NCBI GenBank assembly: GCA_944332265.1
Contig: CALVJQ010000004.1
Coordinates: 1,840 to 65,839 of the forward strand
Direction: 5' to 3'
Origin: an uncultured Bacilli bacterium
Lineage (GTDB): Bacteria > Bacillota_I > Bacilli_A > RF39 > UBA660
Length of the DNA: 64,000 nucleotides
Positions within the stretch are counted from its first letter, which is position 1, and every line of letters begins with the position of its first letter. Below are positions 37,001 through 45,922 of this stretch, piece by piece. The notes beneath the pieces were generated by a model. That model searched no databases. It was given only the letters and a program-made list of their open reading frames with translations, and was not told the DNA's origin. The position numbers were made by a program, and so were the translations under genes.

Positions 37001-39580
37001 TAATTCATACTCATTTTTAGCATTTTTTTCATATTTACCTTCAACAACAACTATTTTATCTAATAGTGTATTATTAGTCATAAAAACTTTATTTTTCATA
37101 GTATCATCATTAATTAAATCATTATAAAGATTTTTAACATCACTATCACTAAATAAAGAATCAGATGCATCACTTACATTTATATATCCATCACTTAATG
37201 AACTACCACTTACATAAGCTATATCATTATATAAATTATTACCATAAGCTAAATTATTAGCATCACTGTACAATAGATTATAATTAACTATATAACCTGA
37301 TCCAATATAATTATCATTACTATAATAATTATTATCACTATCTATTTTAATAACTAATAAAGTTCTTAAACTATCATTATAATTAGTTAATTCTTCAATT
37401 TCATATTGAACATCTTCATTACTACCATATTTTTTTACAACTAATTCACCATCTAGTATAGCACCCTTTGGTAAAAGAATATAAAAAGTACCATTTTTTT
37501 GCTCTACTATCATTTTTTTTGCTTCATCCAAAGTTAATTTTCCATAGTTTAATTGTTCATAGACATAAGCAGTTAAACTAACTGAACTATTATCATCAAT
37601 TTTTTCATTAATAACACTTGAAATATTACTATAAGTATTACTAGTTAACAAAGTTAAATAAGTCGCTATATTATAATTATCCATTTCTTCATTATATTTA
37701 ATAAAACTATTATTTTTTAAAACTACTTCATTTTTATCTAAAGTATCAACATAAGAAATTATATCTTGATTAGAAACTAACTCTGTTTTAAAATTAATTC
37801 CCAAATAAATTCCAGCTCTTTTGCCAGTATATTTAACTTTTAATTCTCTTGTTCCTTCTGGTAACAATATAGGTTGATTAGCTGTAACATTATTATTAGA
37901 AGTCGTTCTATCATCAACAGCCACATAAACTATATTACCATTTTCATCTTTTTTATAAGTACCAATTAATTCATAATCATCAGCAATTTTAATATATACT
38001 TCTTTTTCTGAATATAAAGACATATCATTTTCTTGACTTAATACATAAGAATTACCTTCTAATAAATAATTATATTCAATATCATCTTGTGGATAAAAAG
38101 AAGTAATTACATAATTATCTTTTAAATTATAAGGATTCTCTTCATTATTATAAGAAGAATCTAAATTAGCTCCATTACTACCAACTTCAATAGTATAATC
38201 TTTTGTCCCATTTTCAGTTAAATTCCATAAATTAAATGCTTTATTTTCCCCTGTCAATTTATCAAGATCAGCTTCTACTAACCAATCAAAAGATATATTT
38301 TCTTGTTCATTAATCTTATTAATCGCTCCAATACCAGCTGTATCTGACAATAGCTCTTGTTTAATATCTGTACTTATTCCTACTGGGTAATTTATTTCTT
38401 CTTCATCTTCTAAACCATAACTAAAATGCCAATCAAATTCTTTATTAACAGTTCCTTGAGCAGAAGTTAAATTAGCTATTATTTTAAAATTACCATCTTT
38501 TGTAGTTGTACTATCATCTAAATTATAACCAACTACTACACCATAATTAATCATTGTAGGTATATTATATTCCATATTACAACTAATATTAGTAAGATCA
38601 TTATCATACAAATCAGAATTACAAACATAAGCTAGTATATTACCATCATTATTATCAATATCATAATTTAAAGAATATAATTCATTACCTAAAATAAAAC
38701 CTTGTACTCCATATTCTATATAAAAATCATATTCTTCTTGTAAAATACCCCATTTATCTTGCCAATCAGTATAAATTACCTCTTGATTAGCTTCTACATA
38801 TTCTAAATTTGCTCCAGCATCTTGTGGAATAGTTTTTATAAAAGATATATATGGGAAATCAACAAACTCAATATCTGCAAATGATATATATGGAAAAATA
38901 TCATTAGAATTATTAAGAACAATCTCACTAGAAACAAAGCTATATACTACATCAAAAGTAAAACTATAATCTTGGACACTCGTTAAAATGTCTTTATTAT
39001 TATAAATATAAATACTATATTCATCATACATCCATAAAAATTCATTTTCTAAACTAGAACAATCAGAAATATTATAATCACAATAAGCTACTTCACTAGG
39101 TAATTTAGCATATCCTAAAACTTTATCATCATCACTTAAAAATTTTAAAACATTACTCTCTTCATCAACTAATACTGGATATTCATATTGATTAGTAAGA
39201 AAAAGATATAGTGGCAAATTAAGCATAAATTCTTTTTCTTTAATATCAACTTTTAATGAATCATTTTCTAATATTCCCCAAGTTGACAATATTACTTCAT
39301 TATCTTCTAATACTTCGCTTGTTGAAGATATTGAAACTTGTGAACCATCATCACTAATTAAAACATTGCCATTATCTAAAACCTCTGATGCCATTTCCCA
39401 ACGACCATAATCCCAGCCATTTTCTCCAACCGAAATAAGTGGCGAAGTCTTATCAACTGTTACATCAAAAAAATACTTGTCTTTTACTAAAAAAGTAACA
39501 AATAATAACAATAAAAATAATAAACCAAATAATACTTCTTTCTTTATTTTATATTTCCCTAATACTTTCATATTTTTCAC
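34034..39580 (-). CDS. giant cell-surface protein (1848 aa) with DUF11-like repeats and pilin isopeptide-linkage/SpaA-like domains
   Basis: N-terminal signal-anchor (VLFGLLFLLLLFVTFLV). Two DUF11-like segments (YQYRVSVNNNSNVVANNLVVSDIVPDGL...). Two copies of the Spy0128-type module (QFTLELSDNNG..GNVKFKTINFDNVEGQFVYYIKQ..ISYDMMTYKVVVNV, and FKFMIKDISS..GDIVFKTINYNKPGKYLYEIVQ..IYYDLSKCLLTIEL). C-terminal NPETHD + TM + RIKLRK tail. Confidence 0.8.
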   Translation of the reverse strand: MKNMKVLGKYKIKKEVLFGLLFLLLLFVTFLVKDKYFFDVTVDKTSPLISVGENGWDYGRWEMASEVLDNGNVLISDDGSQVSISSTSEVLEDNEVILSTWGILENDSLKVDIKEKEFMLNLPLYLFLTNQYEYPVLVDEESNVLKFLSDDDKVLGYAKLPSEVAYCDYNISDCSSLENEFLWMYDEYSIYIYNNKDILTSVQDYSFTFDVVYSFVSSEIVLNNSNDIFPYISFADIEFVDFPYISFIKTIPQDAGANLEYVEANQEVIYTDWQDKWGILQEEYDFYIEYGVQGFILGNELYSLNYDIDNNDGNILAYVCNSDLYDNDLTNISCNMEYNIPTMINYGVVVGYNLDDSTTTKDGNFKIIANLTSAQGTVNKEFDWHFSYGLEDEEEINYPVGISTDIKQELLSDTAGIGAINKINEQENISFDWLVEADLDKLTGENKAFNLWNLTENGTKDYTIEVGSNGANLDSSYNNEENPYNLKDNYVITSFYPQDDIEYNYLLEGNSYVLSQENDMSLYSEKEVYIKIADDYELIGTYKKDENGNIVYVAVDDRTTSNNNVTANQPILLPEGTRELKVKYTGKRAGIYLGINFKTELVSNQDIISYVDTLDKNEVVLKNNSFIKYNEEMDNYNIATYLTLLTSNTYSNISSVINEKIDDNSSVSLTAYVYEQLNYGKLTLDEAKKMIVEQKNGTFYILLPKGAILDGELVVKKYGSNEDVQYEIEELTNYNDSLRTLLVIKIDSDNNYYSNDNYIGSGYIVNYNLLYSDANNLAYGNNLYNDIAYVSGSSLSDGYINVSDASDSLFSDSDVKNLYNDLINDDTMKNKVFMTNNTLLDKIVVVEGKYEKNAKNEYELEFNSETVVAESNNYSYRLQYILGSDYEEISNVVFVDKIENSYVDNNYFKGILRDVDISYLKSIGVNPTIYYSTNVNVNLEDINLSGDDWSTNKPGNIGSVTAIAVDCGDYIFKGKENKAIHVDLLMQATNNYKDSLKAYNDAVLYYQSINNGSNNIIKSNMTEVSLDRATISLDATTNVGLGTYEQPAIVYNDLSYEIKINNSSNLYSYDNLKVEITIPNGIVVNNVEGISSLGNSYNNDYTFDNQLLVININELEANESIDIKITTSIDLDKIDFSQVLETKISLNELDNLSYDLSKTLYNKLEVPTLEYNKYAKTSDSIEFSDVSSLIIKKDEIYQYRVSVNNNSNVVANNLVVSDIVPDGLIVIEDSINNGGIYDADARTIIWNVSSLNAYENLNFEYSVQVPSDISLGTMYKSSAHISLVNPYDNSLKLYDDDTNIVSTLYQVVTDIKITNQLNGNLADKNKLFKYIIEVSGNVDNQGIYDVVNKDNEVVGVFEILEDGSGHYEGMILGDDSLTIRLLPGGIDYVIKQEKVLGYETSVNVSNSSLDNYVVVEGKTNEERMVNYLFTNVYDVNTSLDLEANVTYDKEISNQQFTLELSDNNGYVDQQVINSEGNVKFKTINFDNVEGQFVYYIKQIDLGEPKISYDMMTYKVVVNVTNDGEGNLNKEVKYYNKLDQLVDKITFNNTYIPNGLIIGNLNSSDYIDEDKTFNYHISLFGINGNYDVVDKNNNKITTLVSLDNGEINYDVSLKSDEQIKIVDVPKDVSYKIVQDIEDYYTVKLDNLNYQVDNENKQIIYTGITEDETMQIIFNNNYVTKGSFLPEVKVVLENNTLKDKDFKFMIKDISSGSSNGYIDYAYNNLEGDIVFKTINYNKPGKYLYEIVQVKGDSNHIYYDLSKCLLTIELLDNGDGTMKVISNVYEYLNNNNLFINKYSEEPIIAEDINKPNDINPETHDRVWIIGGLLGIVLILFVVEGRIKLRKYEMKI

Positions 39581-39650
39581 TTCACAATTCTCTTATTATA
39601 TAAAAAATTATATCATATAACAAAGTAATATTTCAATTAAAAAAAAGAAA

Positions 39651-41204
39651 CTATTTAGCTTCTTCTTGAGCTCTAGTTTCTCTAATAACTGTTATTTTTA
39701 TAGTTCCAGGATATTGCATTTCATTTTCAATTTTTTCCTTCATTTCACGAGCTATTTTATAGCTTTGAGAATCATCTATTTCTTCTGGTTTTACCATAAC
39801 ACGAACTTCACGTCCAGCTTGCATTGCAAACGTTTTTTCAACACCTTCAAAACTATTGCCAATTTCTTCAAGTTGTTCTAAACGTTTTATATAATTTTCT
39901 AATGAATCATTACGTGCTCCAGGTCTTGCTGCTGATAATGTATCGGCAATTTGTACTAATACTGATATAACACAATTTGCTTCTATATCACCATGATGAG
40001 ATTTTATAGCGTTTATTACAACAGGATCTTCATGATATTTTTTAGCTATTTCTTCACCTAATTCAACATGGCTACCTTCAACTTCAAAGTCTATTGCTTT
40101 GCCAATATCATGTAATAATCCAGCTCTTTTAGCTAAATTAACATTCTCACCTAATTCAGCTGCTAACAATCCACATAAATATCCAACTTCTTTAGAATGT
40201 TGCAATGCATTTTGTCCATAACTTGTTCTAAAATTCAATTTACCAATCAAATTTACCAACTTAGGATCAACTTTAGTCAAACCTAATTCATAACACGCTT
40301 CATTTCCAATTTCTGTAATTTTTTCAACCATATCATTAGAAACTTTATCATAAACTTCTTCTATTCTAGCAGGATGAATTCTTCCGTCTTTAATTAAAGT
40401 TTCTATTGTTATTTTAGCTATTTCTCTTCTAAGTGGATCAAAAGATGATATAACAATTGCTTCTGGTGTATCATCAATTATTAAGTCTACACCTGTAACT
40501 GATTCAATAGTTCTAATATTTCGTCCTTCACGACCAATCAAACGACCCTTCATTTCATCATTTGGTAAAGTAATAGTACTAACAGTTTGCTCGTTAGTTA
40601 CATCGTTAGCATATCTTTGCATACTAGAAACAATTAAATTCTTAGCCATCTCATTAGCTTTTAATTTGGCTTCAGCTTCTTTTTCTTTAATATAATCAGC
40701 TATTTCAAGCGCCATATTTTCTTCTACTCTTTTCATGATTAAATCATGAGCTTTTTCCTTTGAAAATTTTGCAACTGCTTCTAATTGCTCCATTTCTTGT
40801 TTTAATAATTCGTCAATTTTAGCTTCCTTCTCTTGTAAATCTTTCTGTTTATTAAGTAAATTATTATCTTTTTGATCTAACAAAGTATCTCTATTTTGTA
40901 ATATTTCTTCTCTTTTATCCAAACTTTTTTCACGTTGTAAAATTCTTTCTTCAGATTCTTTTAGTTCAGCTTTTTTCTCTTTTATTTCCTTATCTGTTTC
41001 CTGTTTAAGTCTATAAGATTCCTCTTTCAATTCTAAAAGAGCATCTCTTTTTTGCTTTTCAGCTTCTTTCTTTGCTTGATCAATGATTTTTGTTGCATTA
41101 TTCTCATTATTCTTATTACGAATAGTAACAACAATTAGTATTATAATAACACCTAAAAAAATCCCCACAAGAAGTGCTAAAATGGCCATTAAAGTATTGT
41201 CCAT
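39651..41204 (-). CDS. rny: ribonuclease Y
   Basis: N-terminal TM segment, coiled coil, KH domain (GRLIGREGRNIRTIE) and HD domain (LLHDIGKA). Length is 517 aa. Confidence 0.9.
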   Translation of the reverse strand: MDNTLMAILALLVGIFLGVIIILIVVTIRNKNNENNATKIIDQAKKEAEKQKRDALLELKEESYRLKQETDKEIKEKKAELKESEERILQREKSLDKREEILQNRDTLLDQKDNNLLNKQKDLQEKEAKIDELLKQEMEQLEAVAKFSKEKAHDLIMKRVEENMALEIADYIKEKEAEAKLKANEMAKNLIVSSMQRYANDVTNEQTVSTITLPNDEMKGRLIGREGRNIRTIESVTGVDLIIDDTPEAIVISSFDPLRREIAKITIETLIKDGRIHPARIEEVYDKVSNDMVEKITEIGNEACYELGLTKVDPKLVNLIGKLNFRTSYGQNALQHSKEVGYLCGLLAAELGENVNLAKRAGLLHDIGKAIDFEVEGSHVELGEEIAKKYHEDPVVINAIKSHHGDIEANCVISVLVQIADTLSAARPGARNDSLENYIKRLEQLEEIGNSFEGVEKTFAMQAGREVRVMVKPEEIDDSQSYKIAREMKEKIENEMQYPGTIKITVIRETRAQEEAK

Positions 41205-41318
41205 TTCGTACCTCCAAAATCTATTTTATAGAAAAATTATAACAATCTAATCATCTACAAACTTATTATAAAAAATTTTTTCTTTTTTTTCAATACAAAA
41301 GAAAAGAAGGTTAACTAA

Positions 41319-41900
41319 TTAACCTTTTTTATTGTTATAAGCAAGCACTAGTTTTCTTATATCACTCTTATTTCGAATATGTTCATTAATAACAGATATT
41401 GTTGCTTCCGGTACTTTTTTACCACATAAAACAATCATATGAAAATACTGATTATAATATAATTGTTCTATTATATTAGGACTTTTAACATAACGTAATA
41501 AAACCTCTAACACTCTAAGTTTTGTAGGATTATAATAAAACTTTCCTTTTTTATCTTTTTTAGACAACTCTTGCATACTAAAAAATTTTTTATTAATAAT
41601 TATTTGTCTTAATTCTTGATTACTTGTAGTACCAATTCCTAACAATATTTTTTGTATATGAATACTATTCCACATTAATTCTTGAATCAAAGCAGGTACT
41701 GCTCTAAAAATTGATGACATAGATTCGTAATCAGTAACTCTTTCCAATCTTTTCAAAATATCATCATTAAATAATTCTATTTTTTCTTCATTAGTTAAAT
41801 CTCTCATCATTCTAGTAAATTTAGCTCCCCCAAAATGAGCTGAACTTTTCAATAAATAATCTCTTATCTCCTGTATTTTATTAAATTCTATATCAACCAT
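41319..41900 (-). CDS. hypothetical protein between recA and rny
   Basis: Intact ORF. The ATG (MVDIEF) is preceded by GAGGGA; the track ORF extends to 41942. No motif recognised. Confidence 0.45.
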   Translation of the reverse strand: MVDIEFNKIQEIRDYLLKSSAHFGGAKFTRMMRDLTNEEKIELFNDDILKRLERVTDYESMSSIFRAVPALIQELMWNSIHIQKILLGIGTTSNQELRQIIINKKFFSMQELSKKDKKGKFYYNPTKLRVLEVLLRYVKSPNIIEQLYYNQYFHMIVLCGKKVPEATISVINEHIRNKSDIRKLVLAYNNKKG

Positions 41901-41972
41901 ACTCATCCCTCGATAATAAGTTATTCTAGCACAACAACTCAATTAAAAAAAAGGAAAATAAGCATTTTCCCT

Positions 41973-43055
41973 TTATTCTAAAACTTCTCCCGTTTCTGGA
42001 TCAATTTTTACTTCATCATCTTTTACAACATCTTTCTTTACTGCTTTTGGCTTTTTCATATCATTTATAATTCCATAATGTTCCCTAATTTTATATTCAA
42101 GTTCGTCTCTTAAATTTGTATTTTCTTTTAATAATAATTTAACATTTTCCTTACCTTGACCAATTTTTTCACCATTATATGAATACCAAGCTCCACTTTT
42201 TTCAAGAACATCAATTTCAGTTGCCAAATCAACTATTTCTCCTTCTTTTGATACACCTTCTCCATACATTATATCTAAGGTTGCTGTTCTAAAAGGTGGA
42301 GCAACTTTATTTTTAACAACTTTTATATTAGTTCTGTTTCCAATAACTTTATCACCTTGTTTAATTTGTTCCGCACGACGTACCTCTAATCTAATTGATG
42401 AATAAAATTTAAGCGCACGACCACCAGGTGTTGTTTCAGGATTTCCAAACATAACTCCTACTTTTTCACGCAATTGATTAATAAATATTGCTGTTGTTTT
42501 AGTTTTATTTAAAGTTCCTGATAGCTTTCTTAAAGCCTGACTCATTAAACGTGCCTGTAACCCAACATGAGAGTCTCCCATTTCACCCTCTATTTCCGCT
42601 TGAGGAACTAAAGCTGCAACTGAATCGATAACAACTAAATCAATAATTCCACTTCTAACTAATGCTTCACAAATATCTAAAGCTTGTTCTCCTGTATCAG
42701 GTTGTGATAATAATAATTCATCTAAATTTACTCCCAAATTCTTTGCATAAACAGGATCCAAAGCATGTTCTGCATCTATAAAAGCAGCTCTTCCTCCCTT
42801 TTTTTGAACCTCTGCAATTGCATGTAATGCAAAAGTAGTCTTACCAGAAGACTCAGGACCATATATCTCAACAATACGTCCCTTAGGATATCCTCCTACT
42901 CCTAAAGCTACATCCAAAGTAATTGAACCTGATGAAGTAGCTTCAATATTTAAATGAGCATCAGATCCAAGTTTCATAATTGACCCTTTACCAAATTGTT
43001 TTTCTATATCAGCTAAAACTTGATCCAAAGCTTTATCTTCTTTTAATGTTTTCAT
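41973..43055 (-). CDS. recA: recombinase RecA
   Basis: Walker [20 protein letters not shown] and the L1/L2 loop regions. Length is 360 aa. Confidence 0.95.
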   Translation of the reverse strand: MKTLKEDKALDQVLADIEKQFGKGSIMKLGSDAHLNIEATSSGSITLDVALGVGGYPKGRIVEIYGPESSGKTTFALHAIAEVQKKGGRAAFIDAEHALDPVYAKNLGVNLDELLLSQPDTGEQALDICEALVRSGIIDLVVIDSVAALVPQAEIEGEMGDSHVGLQARLMSQALRKLSGTLNKTKTTAIFINQLREKVGVMFGNPETTPGGRALKFYSSIRLEVRRAEQIKQGDKVIGNRTNIKVVKNKVAPPFRTATLDIMYGEGVSKEGEIVDLATEIDVLEKSGAWYSYNGEKIGQGKENVKLLLKENTNLRDELEYKIREHYGIINDMKKPKAVKKDVVKDDEVKIDPETGEVLE

Positions 43056-43125
43056 TTTTTTCCTCCCACTTATTAAATGACATCTTAATTTTATAATAAA
43101 TAAAAGTAGTTTGTCAACCTTTTTT

Positions 43126-43139
43126 CGAACATTTGTTTT
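43126..43139. promoter_or_regulatory. degenerate Cheo (LexA/DinR) box-like site upstream of recA
   Basis: CGAACATTTGTTTT against the consensus CGAACnnnnGTTCG: one good half-site and one weak one. It lies just upstream of a TTGACA-16 nt-TATAAA promoter (rc of 43090..43117). Confidence 0.3.
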
Positions 43140-43200
43140 TATCTACTTTAAAACCACAAAAAAAAGAATTTTATTTATAAAAATAATTAAAATTCTTTTT

Positions 43201-43830
43201 TTATACTTCTGAAAAAATAAAATCTTTATTAGCTAAATAATATTGACATGCTGATACAACACTCATTACTGTAGCAACAAAAACAAATAAGTAATCTATA
43301 CGTATTCCTCCACCAATAAAAGCAAATGGCATATTATAGAAGAATGTTAATGTTATCCCTATCATCATACAAATAGTTTTTATTTTACCAGGCCATGAAG
43401 CAGCAACAACCTTACCCTTACTACCAGAAACCATCTTTATCGAATCAACAACTATATCTCTTGTAATAATAATTACTGGTACAACTAAAGGTAAAAACTT
43501 ATTATAAGCTAAAATAATTAAAACACCATTAACTAACACCTTATCAGCTATAGCATCCATCACTTTACCAAAATCAGTAACTATATTATTCTTTCTTGCA
43601 ATATACCCATCTAAAAAATCAGTAATTGATCCAATCATAAATAATATTCCACATATTATATATTTTAAATCAACATTTTCAACATTTAAAACTGGATATA
43701 CTGGAAACGTTACACCTATCTCTCTCCAAGGCATACATAAAATTATTAAAACTATAAAAGAAAGAACTAATCTAACACATGTAATTTTATTAGGTAAATT
43801 CATTTTCTTTTTCTTATCTTTCTTTTCCAT
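43201..43830 (-). CDS. pgsA: CDP-diacylglycerol--glycerol-3-phosphate 3-phosphatidyltransferase
   Basis: CDP-alcohol phosphotransferase motif DGYIARKNNIVTDFGKVMDAIADK. Multi-TM. Conserved position between rodZ and recA. Confidence 0.85.
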   Translation of the reverse strand: MEKKDKKKKMNLPNKITCVRLVLSFIVLIILCMPWREIGVTFPVYPVLNVENVDLKYIICGILFMIGSITDFLDGYIARKNNIVTDFGKVMDAIADKVLVNGVLIILAYNKFLPLVVPVIIITRDIVVDSIKMVSGSKGKVVAASWPGKIKTICMMIGITLTFFYNMPFAFIGGGIRIDYLFVFVATVMSVVSACQYYLANKDFIFSEV

Positions 43831-43841
43831 CTTGCACCTAC

Positions 43842-44324
43842 TTATCTATTACTTTCTACATAACTAATCATATTAGTTGTCATATTATTCACCGTTATTT
43901 GTTTAACTGACCACATAAGAATCAATACAACTAATATTCCCAAAGCAACTAAAAGACAAACTACTAGTTTATTCATTGGTTTTCTAGTTGAATTTGTATA
44001 TGGAGATACAATTTTTTGTTCAGGTATCTCTTCTTTTTGTTGTTCTTTCATTGCTTTTTCAATATCTTCTAGTGGTATTTTTGATGTATACTCAAATAAA
44101 TATTCATTAAATTCATCAATTATTTTATCTGGTTCTAATCCCAAATATTTAGCATAATCATAGATATAATCCTTTAATACAAAGATATCTTTAAAACAGC
44201 CAATATTTCCATCTTCTATATTTTCTAATATCAGTGTCTTAATCTCTAAATCACCACTGGCTTCTTCTAAGCTTACCCCTGATTCTTCACGAGTCGATCG
44301 CAATAGTTCGCCAATCTCATTCAA
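43842..44324 (-). CDS. rodZ: RodZ/YmfM-like HTH membrane protein
   Basis: N-terminal Xre-type HTH (IGELLRSTREESGVSLEEAS) with a single TM segment near the C-terminus. Located upstream of pgsA as in B. subtilis ymfM. Confidence 0.6.
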   Translation of the reverse strand: MNEIGELLRSTREESGVSLEEASGDLEIKTLILENIEDGNIGCFKDIFVLKDYIYDYAKYLGLEPDKIIDEFNEYLFEYTSKIPLEDIEKAMKEQQKEEIPEQKIVSPYTNSTRKPMNKLVVCLLVALGILVVLILMWSVKQITVNNMTTNMISYVESNR

Positions 44325-44359
44325 GATTATTCACTCCTTTTCTAATTTGAATAAAAAAT

Positions 44360-44720
44360 AAAATAAAAGCTTAATAAGCCACGTTCTGTACCCCTAAAAG
44401 GGGTGGCAAATATTTATCTACCTATAAATAGGTCCTTTACCTCATTCTTAATTATCAGTAAAGACTCCCCTACCATAATTTGGGTTTCTCACTTGCGGGG
44501 TTTACCACGTTCCACTCTAAAGATTACTCCCTAGACTCGTCTCTTTGGCACTTTTATATCTAATTTAATCCCATAGGACTATTTCGAAGCCGTTAGTATA
44601 TAAAATACTACCTAAGGTTATTTTTTCCCTTAGCACAAACACTACAATCATCACAGACTGTGTGAGCTTGGACTTTCCTCTATGTAATAAATACATAGCA
44701 TTTGCCTAAAACCTTTACTT
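44360..44720 (-). ncRNA. rnpB: RNase P RNA (probably Firmicutes type B)
   Basis: The minus strand carries the universal P4 strands GAGGAAAGTCC (rc of ggactttcctc near 44670) and ACAGAACGTGGCTTA (rc of taagccacgttctgt at 44374..44388), plus GGTAAACCCC and a P1 pairing between the ends. The region has no ORF, and it lies downstream of gpsB as in B. subtilis. Ends are approximate to about 10 nt. Confidence 0.85.
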
Positions 44721-44723
44721 TAT

Positions 44724-45059
44724 CTATTCCTCATTTTTTCCATAGACAACTTTTTCAAGTTGACTTAATCTTCTAAGAAGGTCAACATTACTAACTGAAT
44801 TATTATTAGAGGCAGAACCTTCAGCCGCTTCAATATTTGCTTTAATACGACGAAGCTCATTTTTTAGTTTATTATTATCATCATTAAGATACGTAATCTC
44901 CTTTTTTAACCTCTTTATTTCAGCGATAAATTCATTATAATCATTAATAACTATATCTAAAAACTTATCAACCTCTTGTGGTCTATAGCCTCTAGCATCA
45001 ATTTTAAACTCCTTATCTAAAATATCTTGTGGAGTCAAAGTTATCTTATCATTATACAT
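44724..45059 (-). CDS. gpsB: cell-cycle protein GpsB (DivIVA domain)
   Basis: LTPQDILDKEFKIDARGYRPQEVDKFLDIVINDY is the DivIVA/GpsB N-domain. C-terminal coiled coil. Divergent from recU-ponA. ATG follows GGGTGAT; the track start is 45065. Confidence 0.8.
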   Translation of the reverse strand: MYNDKITLTPQDILDKEFKIDARGYRPQEVDKFLDIVINDYNEFIAEIKRLKKEITYLNDDNNKLKNELRRIKANIEAAEGSASNNNSVSNVDLLRRLSQLEKVVYGKNEE

Positions 45060-45087
45060 AAACAAATCACCCTTCTTATGTCATAAA

Positions 45088-45198
45088 TTATATATCTTTC
45101 CTATCTAATTTGTCAAGATTACAAGAACCAACTAAAAGCTTCCTATCAACCTCATTAACCATATCAATCATATCTTGTAAAAAAAATTCAACACGCAT
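45088..45198 (-). CDS. possible 36-aa small protein upstream of gpsB
   Basis: My translation gives MRVEFFLQDMIDMVNEVDRKLLVGSCNLDKLDRKDI. A strong SD (GAAGGAGGGAT) lies 5 nt before the ATG. No homology recognised. Confidence 0.25.
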   Translation of the reverse strand: MRVEFFLQDMIDMVNEVDRKLLVGSCNLDKLDRKDI

Positions 45199-45356
45199 TT
45201 TTATCCCTCCTTCATTATCATAAAACAATAGCAATATAAATTCATTATATTAGACAAAATAAGAAAAAATAAGAAATGTAAAGCAAATAAATTATCTTTC
45301 ATTATATACTATATTTTATCCCTATTATATAGTATAATTATGTAAGGTGATTGATT

Positions 45357-45920
45357 ATGCAATACCCTAATAATATAAAAAAAAGTTTTACTAAATTAAG
45401 TGTTTCTCATAGCAATCGTGGAATGAATCTAGAAAATGCACTTAATTCAAGTAATAATTACTATCTAAAAAAAGATTGGGCTTTAATATATAAGAAACCA
45501 ACTCCTATTGGAGTAGTAGATGTATCGTATAATAATCACAAAAAAATAATTGAAAAAGCTTATTTTAAAGAACAATCAACTCTTGATTATAATGGTCTAT
45601 ATCGTGGAAAATATATAGAATTTGATGCTAAAGAAACACTAAATAAAACATCATTTCCATTATCAAATATTCATGAACATCAAACTATCCAAATAAGAAA
45701 CGTTATAAAACACGGAGGAATTGTTTTCTTAATTATTAGAATGAATAATATAAATTATCTTCTAACTGGTGAAGATTACATAACATATATTGATTCAACT
45801 AATAAAAAATCAATAAGCTACAAATACATTCAAGAAAAAGCACATATAATAAAAGAAACATATCAACCACCACTAGATTATCTAAAAGTAGTTGATAAAG
45901 TATATTTTGAAGGAGAATAA
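45357..45920 (+). CDS. recU: Holliday junction resolvase RecU
   Basis: NRGMNLENALN, PTPIGVV, DYNGLYRGKYIEFDAKET and FPLSNIHEHQ are the RecU catalytic and stalk motifs. The ATG follows AAGGTGA. Directly upstream of ponA. Confidence 0.85.
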   Translation: MQYPNNIKKSFTKLSVSHSNRGMNLENALNSSNNYYLKKDWALIYKKPTPIGVVDVSYNNHKKIIEKAYFKEQSTLDYNGLYRGKYIEFDAKETLNKTSFPLSNIHEHQTIQIRNVIKHGGIVFLIIRMNNINYLLTGEDYITYIDSTNKKSISYKYIQEKAHIIKETYQPPLDYLKVVDKVYFEGE

Positions 45921-45922
45921 AA

